From contig NMRA01000074.1 of NCBI GenBank assembly GCA_002633005.1, positions 1,021,097 to 1,085,096 on the forward strand: a stretch of 64,000 nucleotides of DNA. Direction: 5' to 3'. The translations under genes were made by a program, and so were the position numbers. The stretch comes from Phoronis australis. Taxonomy: Eukaryota; Animalia; Phoronida. Shown one piece after another: positions 27,030 to 40,900 of the stretch (positions are counted from its first letter, which is position 1; every line of letters begins with the position of its first letter). Below the pieces are notes generated by a model. The model saw only the letters and a program-made list of their open reading frames with translations. It was not told where the DNA came from and searched no databases.

Positions 27030-30000
27030 ATGGTGAGTACATGCGACAAATAGGATCTTTGCATTTTAAAAATTTTAAGAGACCGAGTAGCCTACCGTTG
27101 CTGTTTCTGTCTTGCGGTCATTTTTGTTGCAACGTAGAATCCATGAAGCCAGTGAAGGGCTGACGTTTTATTTGTGCAAAACGTGATTTTTTAGAAAGAT
27201 AAGTACACGATTAGCATCAGTTATTGGCGGATCTAGGGTGCCGTGAGAGGAGGGATCACTCCGTTCGAAGGAAAAATTTTCTCGTAGGCCTTAAAAACGG
27301 TATTCCGAAGACGGTTTTTATTCTCTTTTCGTCGCGTTCGTGGGTGTAGGCCTATGCCAGTTTACTACTAAAATTTTCTGCAATTGTTTTCAGCTTCTGT
27401 TCACCAACACGACATATTAGGCCAGTCAACGGTCTGCGTCATCGCTAATTAAAATAATAAAGCGTATCGCACAGTGGCCGGGGCGACTCGCAGCTGCAAC
27501 GTTTAATTTATGTAACGGCAATAAACCCGCGTTCCGTCAAAGAAATTAAATTTTTATTTAGACTATTACCCGCTGTAAAATTGCTGTCTGCTTTTTCCTT
27601 ACTCGGATGTGTGAGTGTTGAAAGAACGGATAGTTCGTTATTCGTCGGCACCATGCTCGCCGAATAAAACGATACGCAGTGACGCCTCAAGTTGTAGAGT
27701 TGGTTCCAAGCAATAACGAACTGTCAGTTCTTTCCAAGCCAAGAAATCGCACATACTTTGGTTAAGAAACCGTTTCAAACCAACTTCATAGTGTTACGTG
27801 GTCTAAATCAAAACGTCTTTATGACAGAGGACGGATTAAAATGAAACTTCTTTTCTCACCATCTTCCTTCCACCTGCTGTCCAAGCCCTGCCATGGTACG
27901 TCAGTTAGCTGGAGAAATGTATTTTCACCAGTTCAGTTTCCATCAATTCGCATTGAAATTTAGCCAGTTTGTTTTTATCCTTCTCTGTTTTTTGGGGGCA
28001 AAGACCGCAGTTCGAGTGGCTGATTTTGACGTTATCACTGGTCTAGGTCAATAAAAACCCTTGTTTGTACCGTGTCTGACATGTGAAAAAGTCATAACTT
28101 ATAGAAGGCACACTTCTCAAAGACGAAGAAATTCAACAACTGAAGCCATGCATTTTACCTGGCTACGTCCATTTCTAAAAGTGGCATGTCAAAAAATGAT
28201 GTTGACTTTTTGTAACTAAAATCACGAATTCACGGCTAACCCGAAGAGGAAACAACTCTAAATCCGATTGCTCTTGCACTCTAGATTCGAGAAATTTTGG
28301 TTAAAATATGTCATAACCAATCAGGTTTTTGGAAATTTTCATTTGTTTGAATGGTACCTAGATTCACGCCAAAAATTCAAAACTGAACAAGGATGTGCTC
28401 TGAAAATGGCAGGACTTGCTAATCCGGGAAGTAGGAGCAGAGGCCAAACTTCTGGACTCCATTTACCGCTAAAACAACTTCAAGGAATTAATGAATACCA
28501 TTCCTGGCAAACTTAGACTTCCCGTTTACTACACAAAATCGCCGTCAAACCGACCCCACCCCATTTGCTTCATTTTGGGTACGTATAAAGGCCCAAATCG
28601 TGGCCTTAGACCTGGATTATGGGGAAACATGAGCCTGACGTCAAATACGACCATTACGTCACGTCATTAATGGTGCGCAACATTAATGACGTGACGTAGT
28701 GGTCGTACTTTTGGACTTGTGAAAACATCTATTACCCTTTCTTGTACTGTTGTAGTTTCATCACTAAGTCAACTTTTGACTTTGATATAAATCCAGAATG
28801 AACTCTACGTTGAATTATCAATATTATCGAAAATAATTAGGGATCTTTTCATGCAACACCCCCAATTTAAGGACCGAGTCCCTATTTATTTTCAATGAAC
28901 TCTGGGCTCAGTTTTTAGTTCAATTATTAGAAAATGTCATTAATCAAAGAGGAGCTCATGATAAAGATGAAACAATAAAAAAATATTGCATCTGTGTGTC
29001 TACAAAGACACAAATACGCAAAAAGACTTTGGGACCTTAGTTGAGGCCTTATTTGGGACTGTTTCGTGCAACCGGCCACTGGACAATTGGCAAAAGCATA
29101 CCAGTTTAATGCGTCTAATGTAATGTGCGTTTTTCCTGGAACACATCTTTTTCGTAAAAAAATTCCAGCATAAAATTACTGTTCTGAAAAAACGTCTATT
29201 ATCCAACTACCAAACATTCCTTAATTAAGTGTATTCGTAATGATTCACGTACATGTGACATGTGTATTAGTTAGCTCACTTGCCACACGTTGAGCAAATC
29301 CGATTGGAAGCACATGTTACCTTGAATCAATGTAAACTTTGGTATTGATTTAAAGCAACTTCGTGTTTTGTTTTTTCATAGGTTAAACACGAGCTGAGAC
29401 ATGGAGTGATTACTAGGTACAATGTTTTTGTTGTAAGTTAATTCTGAGAATTTACAATATTTGGCGCCTGTTCTAATTCGTATGAATTGTGGCAAACTCA
29501 TTTTGAATTACAACTTCATGACTAGAAAGATGGGAATCACGTGTCATACATAGCGAGTTACTGACGTCGAACAAAGATTGTGGCGTGATAAATGAAAACC
29601 GTTGAAGGTTTACGAGTCTCGAGTGACTTTCCAGCAAATAGCATGAGCCGCCAAATACATGTAGATTAGTGACTTAAGTCTGAAGATTCATGTTGGTGTT
29701 TAGTGGTGCAACAAACGTGAATGCAATGAGACTACAGAGGCCACAAGTACGCCTACTGTTGCTGTGGCGACAATTGGGAGTCGAATGTAATGGCTGGTTC
29801 TCGTCACACTTATTTATCAAATTTGAATACTTTCTGACCAAGTCATGACACAGGGTAAATAAGCTGTTTGATTTTCGACTTGATCATTCGAATTTTACAT
29901 GTATGCGCTCATAAATATGCTTTTCACATTTATTGGAAAAAGTCCAGTAACGTGCATTTTTCTATTTTTAGGCTTCCATCAGCGCCATCTATAGAATTGG

Positions 30001-31382
30001 AAATGGCCACTTGGTACCACAAAAAAGTTTCGCACGGCCGCATTAGTACCAATGTTACGCCGGTTACTACACCAGAGTTCATGCATACATTATCTTCTCC
30101 CAAGCTCGCACGAGCTTTGTGCGACAAAAATCCTAAGGAAAACGACCTTCTGAAGAAAAAGTTGGAAAAAATTGAAAGAAGTCGAAAAACACGACACCTC
30201 GATCTGTCTTGGGATCAGCGCGAATTCTTCATAAAAAGCGTCTTTAATGAATCGGATCAACCGCGATTTGTCAAACTACAGGACAAGATGGGCGTAGAAA
30301 AGCAAAAGTTATCAAAATCCTTGGGTAACATCGCGGCAGTTAATTCAAAATCCGCACAGCAAAAATATGGAAGTTCATGTTCTAATCGTGAAACTCCGTT
30401 TTCTGTTGGGAAGTACTTTTCGTCTGGATTATTTTTACCTCCAGTTCAAACCAAGGAGTCGCGGTCACGCGCGTCCTCTGCAGTAAAACGTCATATTGAC
30501 CTGTCCTCTGTCGAGAATTCGAGAGATGGTTGTCACAGCGACACTGCTGATCTAAGCGACGAAAGCGAAGCAAGTGAAGTAGTGAACTTACCAGACCTGT
30601 ACCACAGTTATAGCTCCACAGTAAACACCCGCACTTTGGGCAACAGACGGCGCTCCATTAGCATGCATAACTTAACGTTGTGCGCTCCAAAGGAAGACAA
30701 AGAAGTAGAAGAACACAGCGGCAGACCGCGAGGACACTTCTGTCGACGACGGTCTATTAGTTGCAACGACCTTTCAACTCTAAAACTTGACTGTGTTGCG
30801 AGAAACAGATGTGAGAATAGGTCAGACCTGGATGTTTACGATACAGGAACTAGTGAAACAAATCCAAATCACGATCCGTTGTCGGCCTCGGTTGTAAGCA
30901 GTAATCCTACTGCTCAACAAGGGCAGCATCCAGTTCTCGTAAGAGCTCAGACATTCTCCTGCATTTTACAATCTGACGCTGTCTCTGGTAACGTTGCCAA
31001 GCAACTCAAGGTCGTGCGTCGCGCAGACACAGCACTTGGCGTAGGCTTCAGTCGTCCGATTTCGGTTATGAGTGCCACCAGTTCCGCCCGACCTTTGTTT
31101 ACTAAAGGTGCACACAAACCTCCCTCAAAAGGTGCAGCGAAGAAGCCACTTTGCGACGTCAAAATCATTAACAAACTGACTACCTCTCTGCCGGAACACT
31201 TGTACCGGAAGGTGAAACAGAGTGCGACGAAAGTTGCTGAGAGTGAAGGGGTTTTCGACATCAAAGAGAAGTTAATTGAGAAAAACCGAAGCATCTCGTC
31301 AATGAATGCATTGGATGACCCGAGATGGAAACGACTTGAAGAGACACTCCATTCAATAAAACCAAATGCAAAAATTGGCTAG
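27030..31382 (+). CDS. Uncharacterised ~482-aa protein (exons 27030-27032, 29382-29416, 29972-31382); short coiled-coil and C-terminal ALDDPRW..LEE motif, possibly CCDC190-like
   Basis: 1.4-kb open exon after a ttttag acceptor; ATG|gtgagt and a 35-nt exon splice in frame to give MVKHELRHGVITRLPSAPSIELEMATWY...; alternative start at ATG 30003. Confidence 0.8.
28646..28707. repeat. Near-perfect 27-bp-arm hairpin
   Basis: tacgaccattacgtcacgtcattaatg-gtgcgcaa-cattaatgacgtgacgtagtggtcgta, one arm mismatch. Confidence 0.9.
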
Positions 31383-31911
31383 TTAAAACATCAGAAGTTC
31401 GAATGCCACTGCTTATCTTGGCTGGTTTATAAGAACCTCAATTTATTGTGCATTAACTTTATGAACACAGCGAAAGAAACTTGCCACACTCGTATGGGTG
31501 TCGACTGTTCATTGAGAATCTGACAAACAAAATTTTATTACAAAGCTGTAAGCACTATGATTATTTAGTTTCAAAATGGCAACACTAGTTGATATTGCTC
31601 TAGAATATAATCAAACTGTGCGCATGCGTTAATTGTATAGACATGAGTGTGATTGTACTGACGGAAAAACTATTTAGCATTCCGTTTTAGGTTTTATCAG
31701 AGTGCATAGGTCCATCTGTGCCTTTGAGATCTGGATTCAAACACAAGGAATCTGCGGTTTCATGAAAAGTAACAGAAAGGTGGTCGCAAGCTCCCACTTG
31801 ACTATAGCAGAATAAAGATATGCCAAATAATTGCGATAGGATCGCATTCTAGACACAATTTATGGAAATTATCTCAGTAAATAGAAACCGTCCCCATGTG
31901 TACTGTCACAG

Positions 31912-31994
31912 CTAGAGGATCTCAACGTGAACGAATAAGCAGGCCGGATGAAGCGGGTGCCCGTCTTGATCTAGTAGATGAACTGTTCTGTATC
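31912..31994 (-). CDS. PLCD: PLC final exon, end of C2
   Basis: [27 protein letters not shown]. Confidence 0.93.
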
Positions 31995-34900
31995 CTGAAA
32001 CATCAATGTAGAAGCATGACATGATAACACTCAGTTATTATTACCCAGAATGCCTAGTTATCTCCGGGAGGGTCTAACTCAAAAGAGGCATAACGGAGTT
32101 TTAATCTCAATCCTTAAAGGCCACCAATGCGTCCTATCTACTTGTTTTCTACGTCCAAATGTAAACTTCGGGTAATTGGTAAGGTGAACCTGTGAAACGT
32201 AAACAATCACTTATAATGTGTTTCTGTGTTTACGAAAAAAGCTCTGTGTAACACTGTTGACCTAATGCACGCGCAGCACTCTGTGATCAAGGGACACTAG
32301 GGGTAAGAAGGTTGCAATGAAACGTGGCTCATCAAAACTTAAAACCGTTGTTCATGTAACATTTTGTGACAAATTTTTAGGGCGATTTCAGGAATCTATT
32401 AAGAAATTGTTTTAAAAATGGTAATGTAGTGGTTTTGTGAAGAAATGGAACGGAAATTATTGTAAAAAGTGGAGCACATTGGAAGCCTTTAAATCTGCAT
32501 TTCGCCCTATTTGCCTGTTTAAAAACTAAACTTGAACTAGGCCATTTTCTCTCATAAAATCGTTCGCCTAATATTCTTTACTACGATGGATTCCATTTCC
32601 GTCACCAATTCAAGTCACCGGAAATGCGTACAGGGCATGCGCCATTTTCAAATTTGCAATTTCAGGGTTGACCAACTTTAATAAACTTTGTGGAGTCGCA
32701 GAAGGTTTCGGTGCTCTCGTTGCTCACACAGAATAGAATGCCGTCACGACAAGAAATGTTACGATACCAATTTTATGAGAGTAGAAAGTTTAATTCGATT
32801 TTTATTTTAAAAAGCTAAACAGGGCTTAATGCAGCTTTATTTTGCTGACGTATTAATTCTTAGATTTTCATTTACACATATTCCTGTATACATGCTAACA
32901 TGTACATACTTGAAGACATAGAGTAATCGTTCTTGTCTATTTCCGAAGCTATCAACATCTACAATGAATAAACCATCTGTGGCTGTTACAAAACTCGGCC
33001 CAGCTGCTTCTGGTCCCGTTTTTCTTTTTTTTTTTGGAAAATCCAGTTAGTAGTGCGGTATTTTAGTTGTTTGCCTTTTTATAATCATGGCTTTCAAACC
33101 TTGCTTAATTTTGCTTACCTGCCTTTGTGCACCTTGAACAAAAAAAACACTTGACGTTGGCTGTAATTGATGCGGGCGAGCGTTGTTCTTTTATTCGTTG
33201 AGTGTATGTCTCAAAACGAGTCTGAGTCGAGACCCGAAGCAACTACGCGTTTTTGAAGTGCCAATTCATTATTTCATGGAACTGGTCGATGACGGTTGCA
33301 GAATTAATATCATGTAAATGAATATATTATGCAGTTTCGATGCTTGAACAACTGCCAATATGAAGTTGCTACTACAAGACAGATCCCGGGGGTCAGTTTT
33401 ATCAAGAAACTAGTTCGTCACCTGATCGTAGCAAAGACGGTTGGAGTAACGTTACTCAGAACCAAACGCTGAGTTTTTACAAGATCGAAACGTTGCAACT
33501 GATGTTAAGTTGTTAAAGTTCCGAATTCAGGCTAATCGGCCGCCTTCACGAAGCATATGCAAATTGTGTAAAATAAGAAATTCGTTGTTTTACCTTGTCG
33601 TATGCAAGTGAACGGCATGCAACGTTGCGCAACGAAGTCGTTTAAGGAGAGCGTGTCGTTGTCTCGGACGACAAACCTCACTTGAGCCAGATCAGGGACA
33701 TTGATCGTTACTTCAAACTTTTCATTCCAGACTGGATTGAATCCTTAAATGTGTATTGGAAATCTGTCAAAATGAGTCGTGTGCTTCAGTGTCGTTAAGG
33801 GACGCTCAATAGTTTTCCGTCATTGTTGCCTCCCCAGGCAGGGTGAACTCGGGGAAAGCAGTTTATTTCTTTTCTCCAAGAAAACCACAAAATATGAAAC
33901 ATGTGCAGGTACTGATCATACACAAAGCTTGTCTACAGTCTAAAAAACTTGCATTAAAAGTGCGTTGTTGCTTTGATGCCCACGGCAAACCTAGCCGGCC
34001 GTGCCAAAAGGAGCACAAACATACACAAATTTAGCGCTTTTCAACACAAAACCACTACTCATTACGACTCGAAAAACTAATGAATTCCAACGAATGAGTG
34101 CTTGCAAATGTTGTGACGTCAAATACAACCAGAACACAGTCATTTTGCAGCTATCAGAAGTAAAAGGTGAATGCAACCATTTTTTATGTCATTTTTTGTA
34201 AAAACGCGGTTCGTTGATTATCCCAGACATGTCTATCAGTTAATTTCGACTTACTGTACTCGTGCCCTACTCCGGAAGTGACATTTTTGGGGTTAAGAAT
34301 TTCCCGACATTTTGTTTCTGCGTTCGCGTGTACTGTGAGTATCTGCTCCACTTTGGTTTTCGTGCTGGTTTCCTAAAATTGTCGTCATCACTTCTCATTG
34401 ACGAGTATTCTTTGACAAGCTAGGTAGTTACAGAGCTCAACTACGTTGGATTTAAAGATAGTTTAGTTTGTAACAGCCTGGAAATGGCTGGAGTCGGCGA
34501 CCCATGTCACAGACACGGTGACGGAGACATTGTTCATAGGAGTGGTGATGAGGTATTTTTTCGCGAACAGGCAGTGAGTGGATATGTGTTTGAGCCAAGC
34601 AGTTATGAGAGGGCAGAAGACAGACGTGGTGGGACGCCTTGGGGCAAATGCACGGTGTGCACTGTTTGACGCCGATCTCAATGGAATGCCTATGCTGTTC
34701 CCACTGGATTGTAACCTAAGCACCCAAACCGCTTACATCCGTCGTGTGACTCCTTCGCCTTGCACCTAACACCTTTTGAATACATCCAATACTTTTTCAA
34801 GTCCACATTAAACTGATCTAAGATGGCTCACCGGCCTCAGTGTTCCCTGTACGACGACTTATCCTCCTCACTGGGTGTCGAACTGGGCCTGTATTCTCTC

Positions 34901-37900
34901 TCACTACTTAACATCGCTGCAGGGTTGCTTACTCTGACAGCCTATATCCGAAATTTTTTTTTTTTGAACACGATTTACGCATATGCGTCACATGCACGCG
35001 ACAAAGACGACTATCTGTCAAATATGCCCATGTCTTAATTTGTACAGATTTGCCCATTTTAGTACTTTATTTAAAGTTGGATTCACGTCATCTGTCGCTC
35101 TGCAATGGCCAAGTTAACTTTTACTCGAACGCTCATTTAGGAATTAGTTTTATTAAACTTTTGCGTAGGCTTATAAGAGCATGCCCCTAAGATCGGGATA
35201 TAGGCGAAGTCTCGCTTAACCTTGGCCTAAATACGTGGATACTTTGTTTGTTATAGTATACGTACCGTTATTCGGGACATACTTGGTGGCAAATGTGGTG
35301 CAGTCCACTTTAACACCAAATATCTGCAGTTTGACGTACGGGTCCACCATATACTTGTTACTGGAGCTGGGGCAGGGAAGATGAAGCCCAGAGATTATCT
35401 AGGAATGTAGAGAGCGCCAGTAGTTGAACGTAAAAGATGTGTATTTGTGCGTGGTGTGTGTGTGTAAAAACAAGAGAGAACCGAGGGGTCGTAAATTTTG
35501 GCGTATGTCTTCATTTTGAGTATGTATAAAACACCTTAAAGTGGCTTAGAACGCAAAAAAAAACAGAATAAGTTGTGTTACTCAATGTGGTTCCCTGCCA
35601 CTGAAACAGAAATCAAACCCTCGAAATGGCATTTTAGGATTTGTTGGAAAAGATTTTGAAATTCTGTTGATGTCAAAACATTTTTCTTTAGTTTCAATTT
35701 TTAAAAAAAGATATGTCAGCTGTTCTCACTTCGTCGATTTTTTCTCAAAAGACAAAGTGCGTCTCCTTATTTACTTTTGGAAAAACATAGTCGTATCACA
35801 TTTCCCTTATATGGAAATTGTGGCCTTTGACCTTTTATGTAAACAAAGTAATGGAGCTTGGGTAAATGTTTGGTGGGTAATTTTTTGAGCGCATGTGCAC
35901 ATGTACATTATTAGAGGAGAAGAATTTGAAAACTGTATTGTGATGAAAGAGCTTATATTTCGCCTGTGTTTCAAAAATAGGGAATCTGAGAATTTTTCCA
36001 GAAAATTTTGTAATATTCATAGTGAATAGCTCCTACGTTAGCATCTCAGAAGTAGATTCGCCTCGATCTGTATAAAGGGAGTTTTGTGAGTTTTTGCGTT
36101 CCATGCCTCTCTAAAGTTATTATAGCAAAACAGACCCGTGACCATAATTTTTAAGCACGAACTTAAATTAGTGTAAGGTCTCAAGAGTTGATACTGTGAA
36201 TACTTGTGAAAACTAACCTTTATTTTGAAGAGCTTTTTCATTCGTGGGTCGAATTCTGTGTTGTAAGGGTTGAACGAACTATCTAAAAATAGAGATGCGA
36301 CTACAATTGAGCAGGGATGGCAGATTAAGATTGCGTACCAGACGTGGTAAATTCCAGTCAACCATTTCTGTGTTTTAGCTTCAACTACAGCTTCACTGTC
36401 ACCAAAACATATTGATGAGCTTATTTTTCTGAAAAAGAACTTGAAATAAGTAGTCTGTTGTGAACAAGTAGTTAACTAGTTGTTAAAATACACTGTTTCA
36501 AAACAAAATGCATGACTTTTGTTCGGGATCTTGATTTGCGTACGAATCGAAATTTAGCGAACCAAAGACCTACGTGTACATGCCGAATCGTACCGAACCG
36601 AAGAAATGGTACCATCTCACCTCTAGTAAACGTACGGTAATAAGCCATAATAGTCCCCCAAACATTGTCGTGATTGAAAGCGTTACAATGATTTTACGAT
36701 GCACTTTGAGCACTTGGAATACGATAGAAAACGAAAGAGGATAATGACTGCCGATGATCCAAGCATGTCATACAGTAGTTCAACCACGACGCTTAACACT
36801 AGATCACTATGGAAATAGTCAGATTGCGTGGAAGTGGTTTTCCCATGAATTTTGGAGTTTAAGGGATTACCTAATTTCGTCCTCAAACATATGAGTAACA
36901 ACGGAGACCAACTACTGTCTGTTCGAACCGATAAGACAACCGCTTGCGTTGATTAAGTTCTGGTGCCACTGAGCTGGCGTAATCTATGAATGGGCTCAAA
37001 GGCTTGGTATCGAGCTTTATCGCTTCGTGCAATTGTAAGCAAGGAAATTGGTGGAGTAAGAGAGATCTGGGGGCAGTTTTGAGGCACACATTGTAAGTAG
37101 GTTAAATGAATTTGGTTTGCCCGTGTTCGTGAAAATGAATTTGCCTGATAAAACCACCCTTTCTGTCCATTAGAATAAGTTTAATACGAGGTTATCGCTA
37201 ACAAGTAGCGGTGTCTTGTTCCTTAGCATATCATGGAAGACGATTATTACATTTCTACTTGAGGAGGTTCGTCATTTAAACCCTTGTAAGTGTATTCATT
37301 TTTATTTCCATAAATAGTTTTGGTAAAAAATTACAGTATCTGAAAATTCTAAATTTCTGAAACTTATGACGCAATCCATTATTCTTAACGTCACTGGCTG
37401 TATTGTTGCGTAGACGTTGCTGAGTAACGCATTACGTCATCTCTTTGTTCTGTAAATTTGTTTTCGGCAACGCGCCTCACAACACCTTCGACCATCAAGC
37501 AGCCAAGACGTGTTTGGTGATCTCTCTGACTGTGTGATTCGCGATGCGCATGCTCACCTGACGCGGTCGTTACCGTGACAACGTCTATCTCTAAGTGCAG
37601 GTAAATTAGTGATGCTCCAGTTAGACAGTGTTCCTCCAACTCAGTGTTATATAGTAACACAAAGACTGATCGATCATAGTAGTGGAGACTGTCTGTTCAT
37701 TCTGTGATGCGCCTGAATTTCACCCGTTTGTCATGCCTGCAATCGTTTTGTAGATCTCACTTGTGCCAAAGCTTCCAACTGGAGCGCGTCAACTAAACGA
37801 AGGAGAAGCTACTCCGCGTTTCTACACTGCTTAGGTTTGTTTCGCTCAGGCTAGAGAAGGTAACTCTGAGTTGTGCTAGATCCAACTACATTTATTCTAT

Positions 37901-40900
37901 CTCCTAACGCCTATGGAACCTCCAACGAAGAGAGGAACGAAAGTAACTGGTACAAAAATACACGCAAGTTATCAGGTGCACTGCGATTGGCAAATCCAGG
38001 AATGGGATGTAAAACCTCGAGTATTAAAGGTACATCACTTGCCGAATTACCAATAACAAGTAAACACAATTGACACCATTCCGATTTATCATCCAAGGAA
38101 AGGGAAGTAATGGCCTTCAGAATTCTCGGCATTTTAAACACGCAGTGAACCATTAGATCCAGGATTCCGTGACCAGACGACACCCAGGAAACCACGTGAC
38201 GCTTTATGTGCATAATACGCATGACGCGCAGTGGCAGGTCTCTGCACCTATCTAACAGTGATGGGCAACAAATGTTAGCAAAAGAATGTGAATGTCTAGA
38301 TAGCAATGTCTGAGCAAAATAAAAGACCCCTTAAAATTCTAGGCGTTCGTTATCTATCGGAGCTCGAGAAGTATAGCTGTCAATATCCGTTGTTATCTTT
38401 GAAAACTGATCTGCACATCCTTCTCGAAGAAGCAAGGCACGTTATTCCCTTTAGGATGAGACGATAGTTATCTGGAACGTTGGATGTAGAGGACTTATGA
38501 GTTTCGTGTATAATCAGACATCGTAAAGTGATCATGTTACGCCCTTGTCGAAGTAGAATGCTTTCACTCACTTCACGCGGGGACGAAGCACTCTACGACC
38601 CATCATTCACTTCTGAACGTCGGTAAAAGATGCACTCAATGACCCATCATTACGATTAGGAAACTTCTGAAGTGCAACAAAGTCGAAAAAGTGGACAAAG
38701 GAAGTAATAATTAATGGAACTTGGAAGACGTTGACACATATAAGTTCCAGAGCCATTCTCAATTATAAGAAAACGAAAACGGTAGCCAACTACGTAAACA
38801 AACTGTGAAGAGACGGATGAATAGAATTTAAGCAATTTTGTTTTGATATTAAGCACAGTTCTTGGGCGCTTTCCGTCATTCACAAAGGTTGTAACCAGTG
38901 CTTCATGACAAAGAACTTGACGTTATAAAGTAGAGAATCTCGATCACTCCATGGTTGCGTCAACAAACCTTGTGTGGTTAAATTTTGTTGATGAACTACC
39001 GTAGCGCCATCTACATGCTTGGTGGTAATCAAAGTTGACGAACTGTGGACATCGCCTTATGGTCAAGAGACTGGCTGCTACCTTCCGTGTGCGAAATCGG
39101 CACGCGCACGGGGAGGACCCTTTTAGACAGAAGGCGGTCTAATTGTAAGTCGCGGATCAAGACATCATACTACAACCAGAAAACGTGTGATAACGTCTCA
39201 CAGAAAAGGCGCTGTGTTACGAGAACTGGCGCGTTTTTAAATTGCAACTTTTTGAAATCTACTGGTTTTATCTTGTTACGCATAATGCTTTTATGTTTAC
39301 ATTTTATTGTAACATCTAGCTCGTATTATTTTTTATTTTTATCTTTTATGAACACGTATAAGTAGTTTGTAAATAAATACTGCATGAAAAACTAACAACA
39401 AATTCTTACATATAACAAGTGCACATTTCGTGTATACCCATCGTGGTACTCCATTCACATGGTGTTTGAGAACGACAGGCTTCTGATAATCTTAGGCAAA
39501 TAAATATCAAACGTCATAAGGTCACGATTTTCGAAGGGACAATTATCTGCGAGAGAAATGCTTTCCAGATATCAGCCTCAGGGCGCAATGGATCGGGCAA
39601 CTCTCGCGGACATAGTCTAAGACTCTGATGAAAAAACCCAGCCCCATACAAAAAGACAAATTATTTTAAGCGTATTTAATTGGTAGTCATAGGCCTTGAT
39701 TTCATCCACAACGGCGAGAATTGGCGATTCCAAATAAAATCACAAAACACAGCTGATTTTATGGTTTCTCAGTAACTCTGGACAAAGCTAATAACTTCAA
39801 GAAGTCTCAGGCAGTAATAATACCAAAAAGTTGTTTCCCCACTGTAAAACCGTTAAGGTCCCTTTGACTACATTATTTCATGAAGGCCGGCATGCATGCA
39901 TTGGAGTACGCTGACACTTGCCATTTTTACTCGTACCTGGCTTGCAAGTTCAAACTCTTACCTGATAAAATTTTTGGCTTTAGGACGTAACCACACCCTC
40001 CATTATTGAGGAACCAACCATGGTATATGTGCATCTCCCTCCACAATGTCTGGAAGTTCAACGCCACTGCAAATGAGACGAATAAACATCTTTTGGTTTA
40101 AGCTTCAATTTTTCTCTGGCCCCAACAAGCACCTATTTTTTGGTTAAATCCGTTACCTAATTCATTTCTTATGGGTGGCGCACCACAGGGGGCTGGGGAT
40201 GGGGGTATAGTACATGAAACGCTAACTCTGTATGGTCTCAATGGACAAAATCTGTGATAGTACGTACTAGGCGCGACCAACACTATTGGTTGCGAATTCA
40301 CTATTCGCTAGCGGCGCATGATGCGTGTCACGGTTTTACACGCAAGTACGTCGTCTGCTCACTAACCGGAAAATGGCGCGTCTTCCGGGAATGCTATATG
40401 GAAGTATCGGAGTTGCTAATCTGTTGTCTATGATCTAAAGCAGTTCCTGTTAGTTCGTAAGATATGCAGTCCAGCGAAACTAGAAATGTCGTAGCTTACC
40501 TAATTGTGCCCCAACGCACCACATAGCCTGTGGGTTGTAATTGCTCGAGTCGGTGCGCAAACCGCTCGGGTAGATTCGTACAAGTTGACGACTTGTGTAG
40601 TCTATAAATTCCTCGGTCTTCGACTGAGCCAAGTCGAACGCTTTGCTCTCGGGAATGGATGAATTTTGGTAAAATGCATCTGAAAGGAGCACCAGATGCT
40701 TTGAATACTGAGATAATACTGCGCTAGGCTACACCAGAAAGCACTTCCATGTATTTAATATTCATGGATTTGTAGACACACGTGCATAAATTTACCGCCA
40801 CGAAAAATAATCACGAATTATCAGAGACTGCCCCCACCTCTCTGAAATGGTGACCTTTCTCAAGTGTCTGTTGCTAAAATGTGTCCCCGTGGGCATCCTC

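Noticed and set aside
25855-37995. LANPG peptide recurring in three short ORFs (near 25860, 28412, 37985)
   Set aside because: Only ~15 bp of similarity with dissimilar flanks; old repeat debris or chance.
39543-39616. PLC gene ending here with no C2 domain
   Set aside because: Full C2 exons exist at 36282-31912; kept only as a possible alternative exon.
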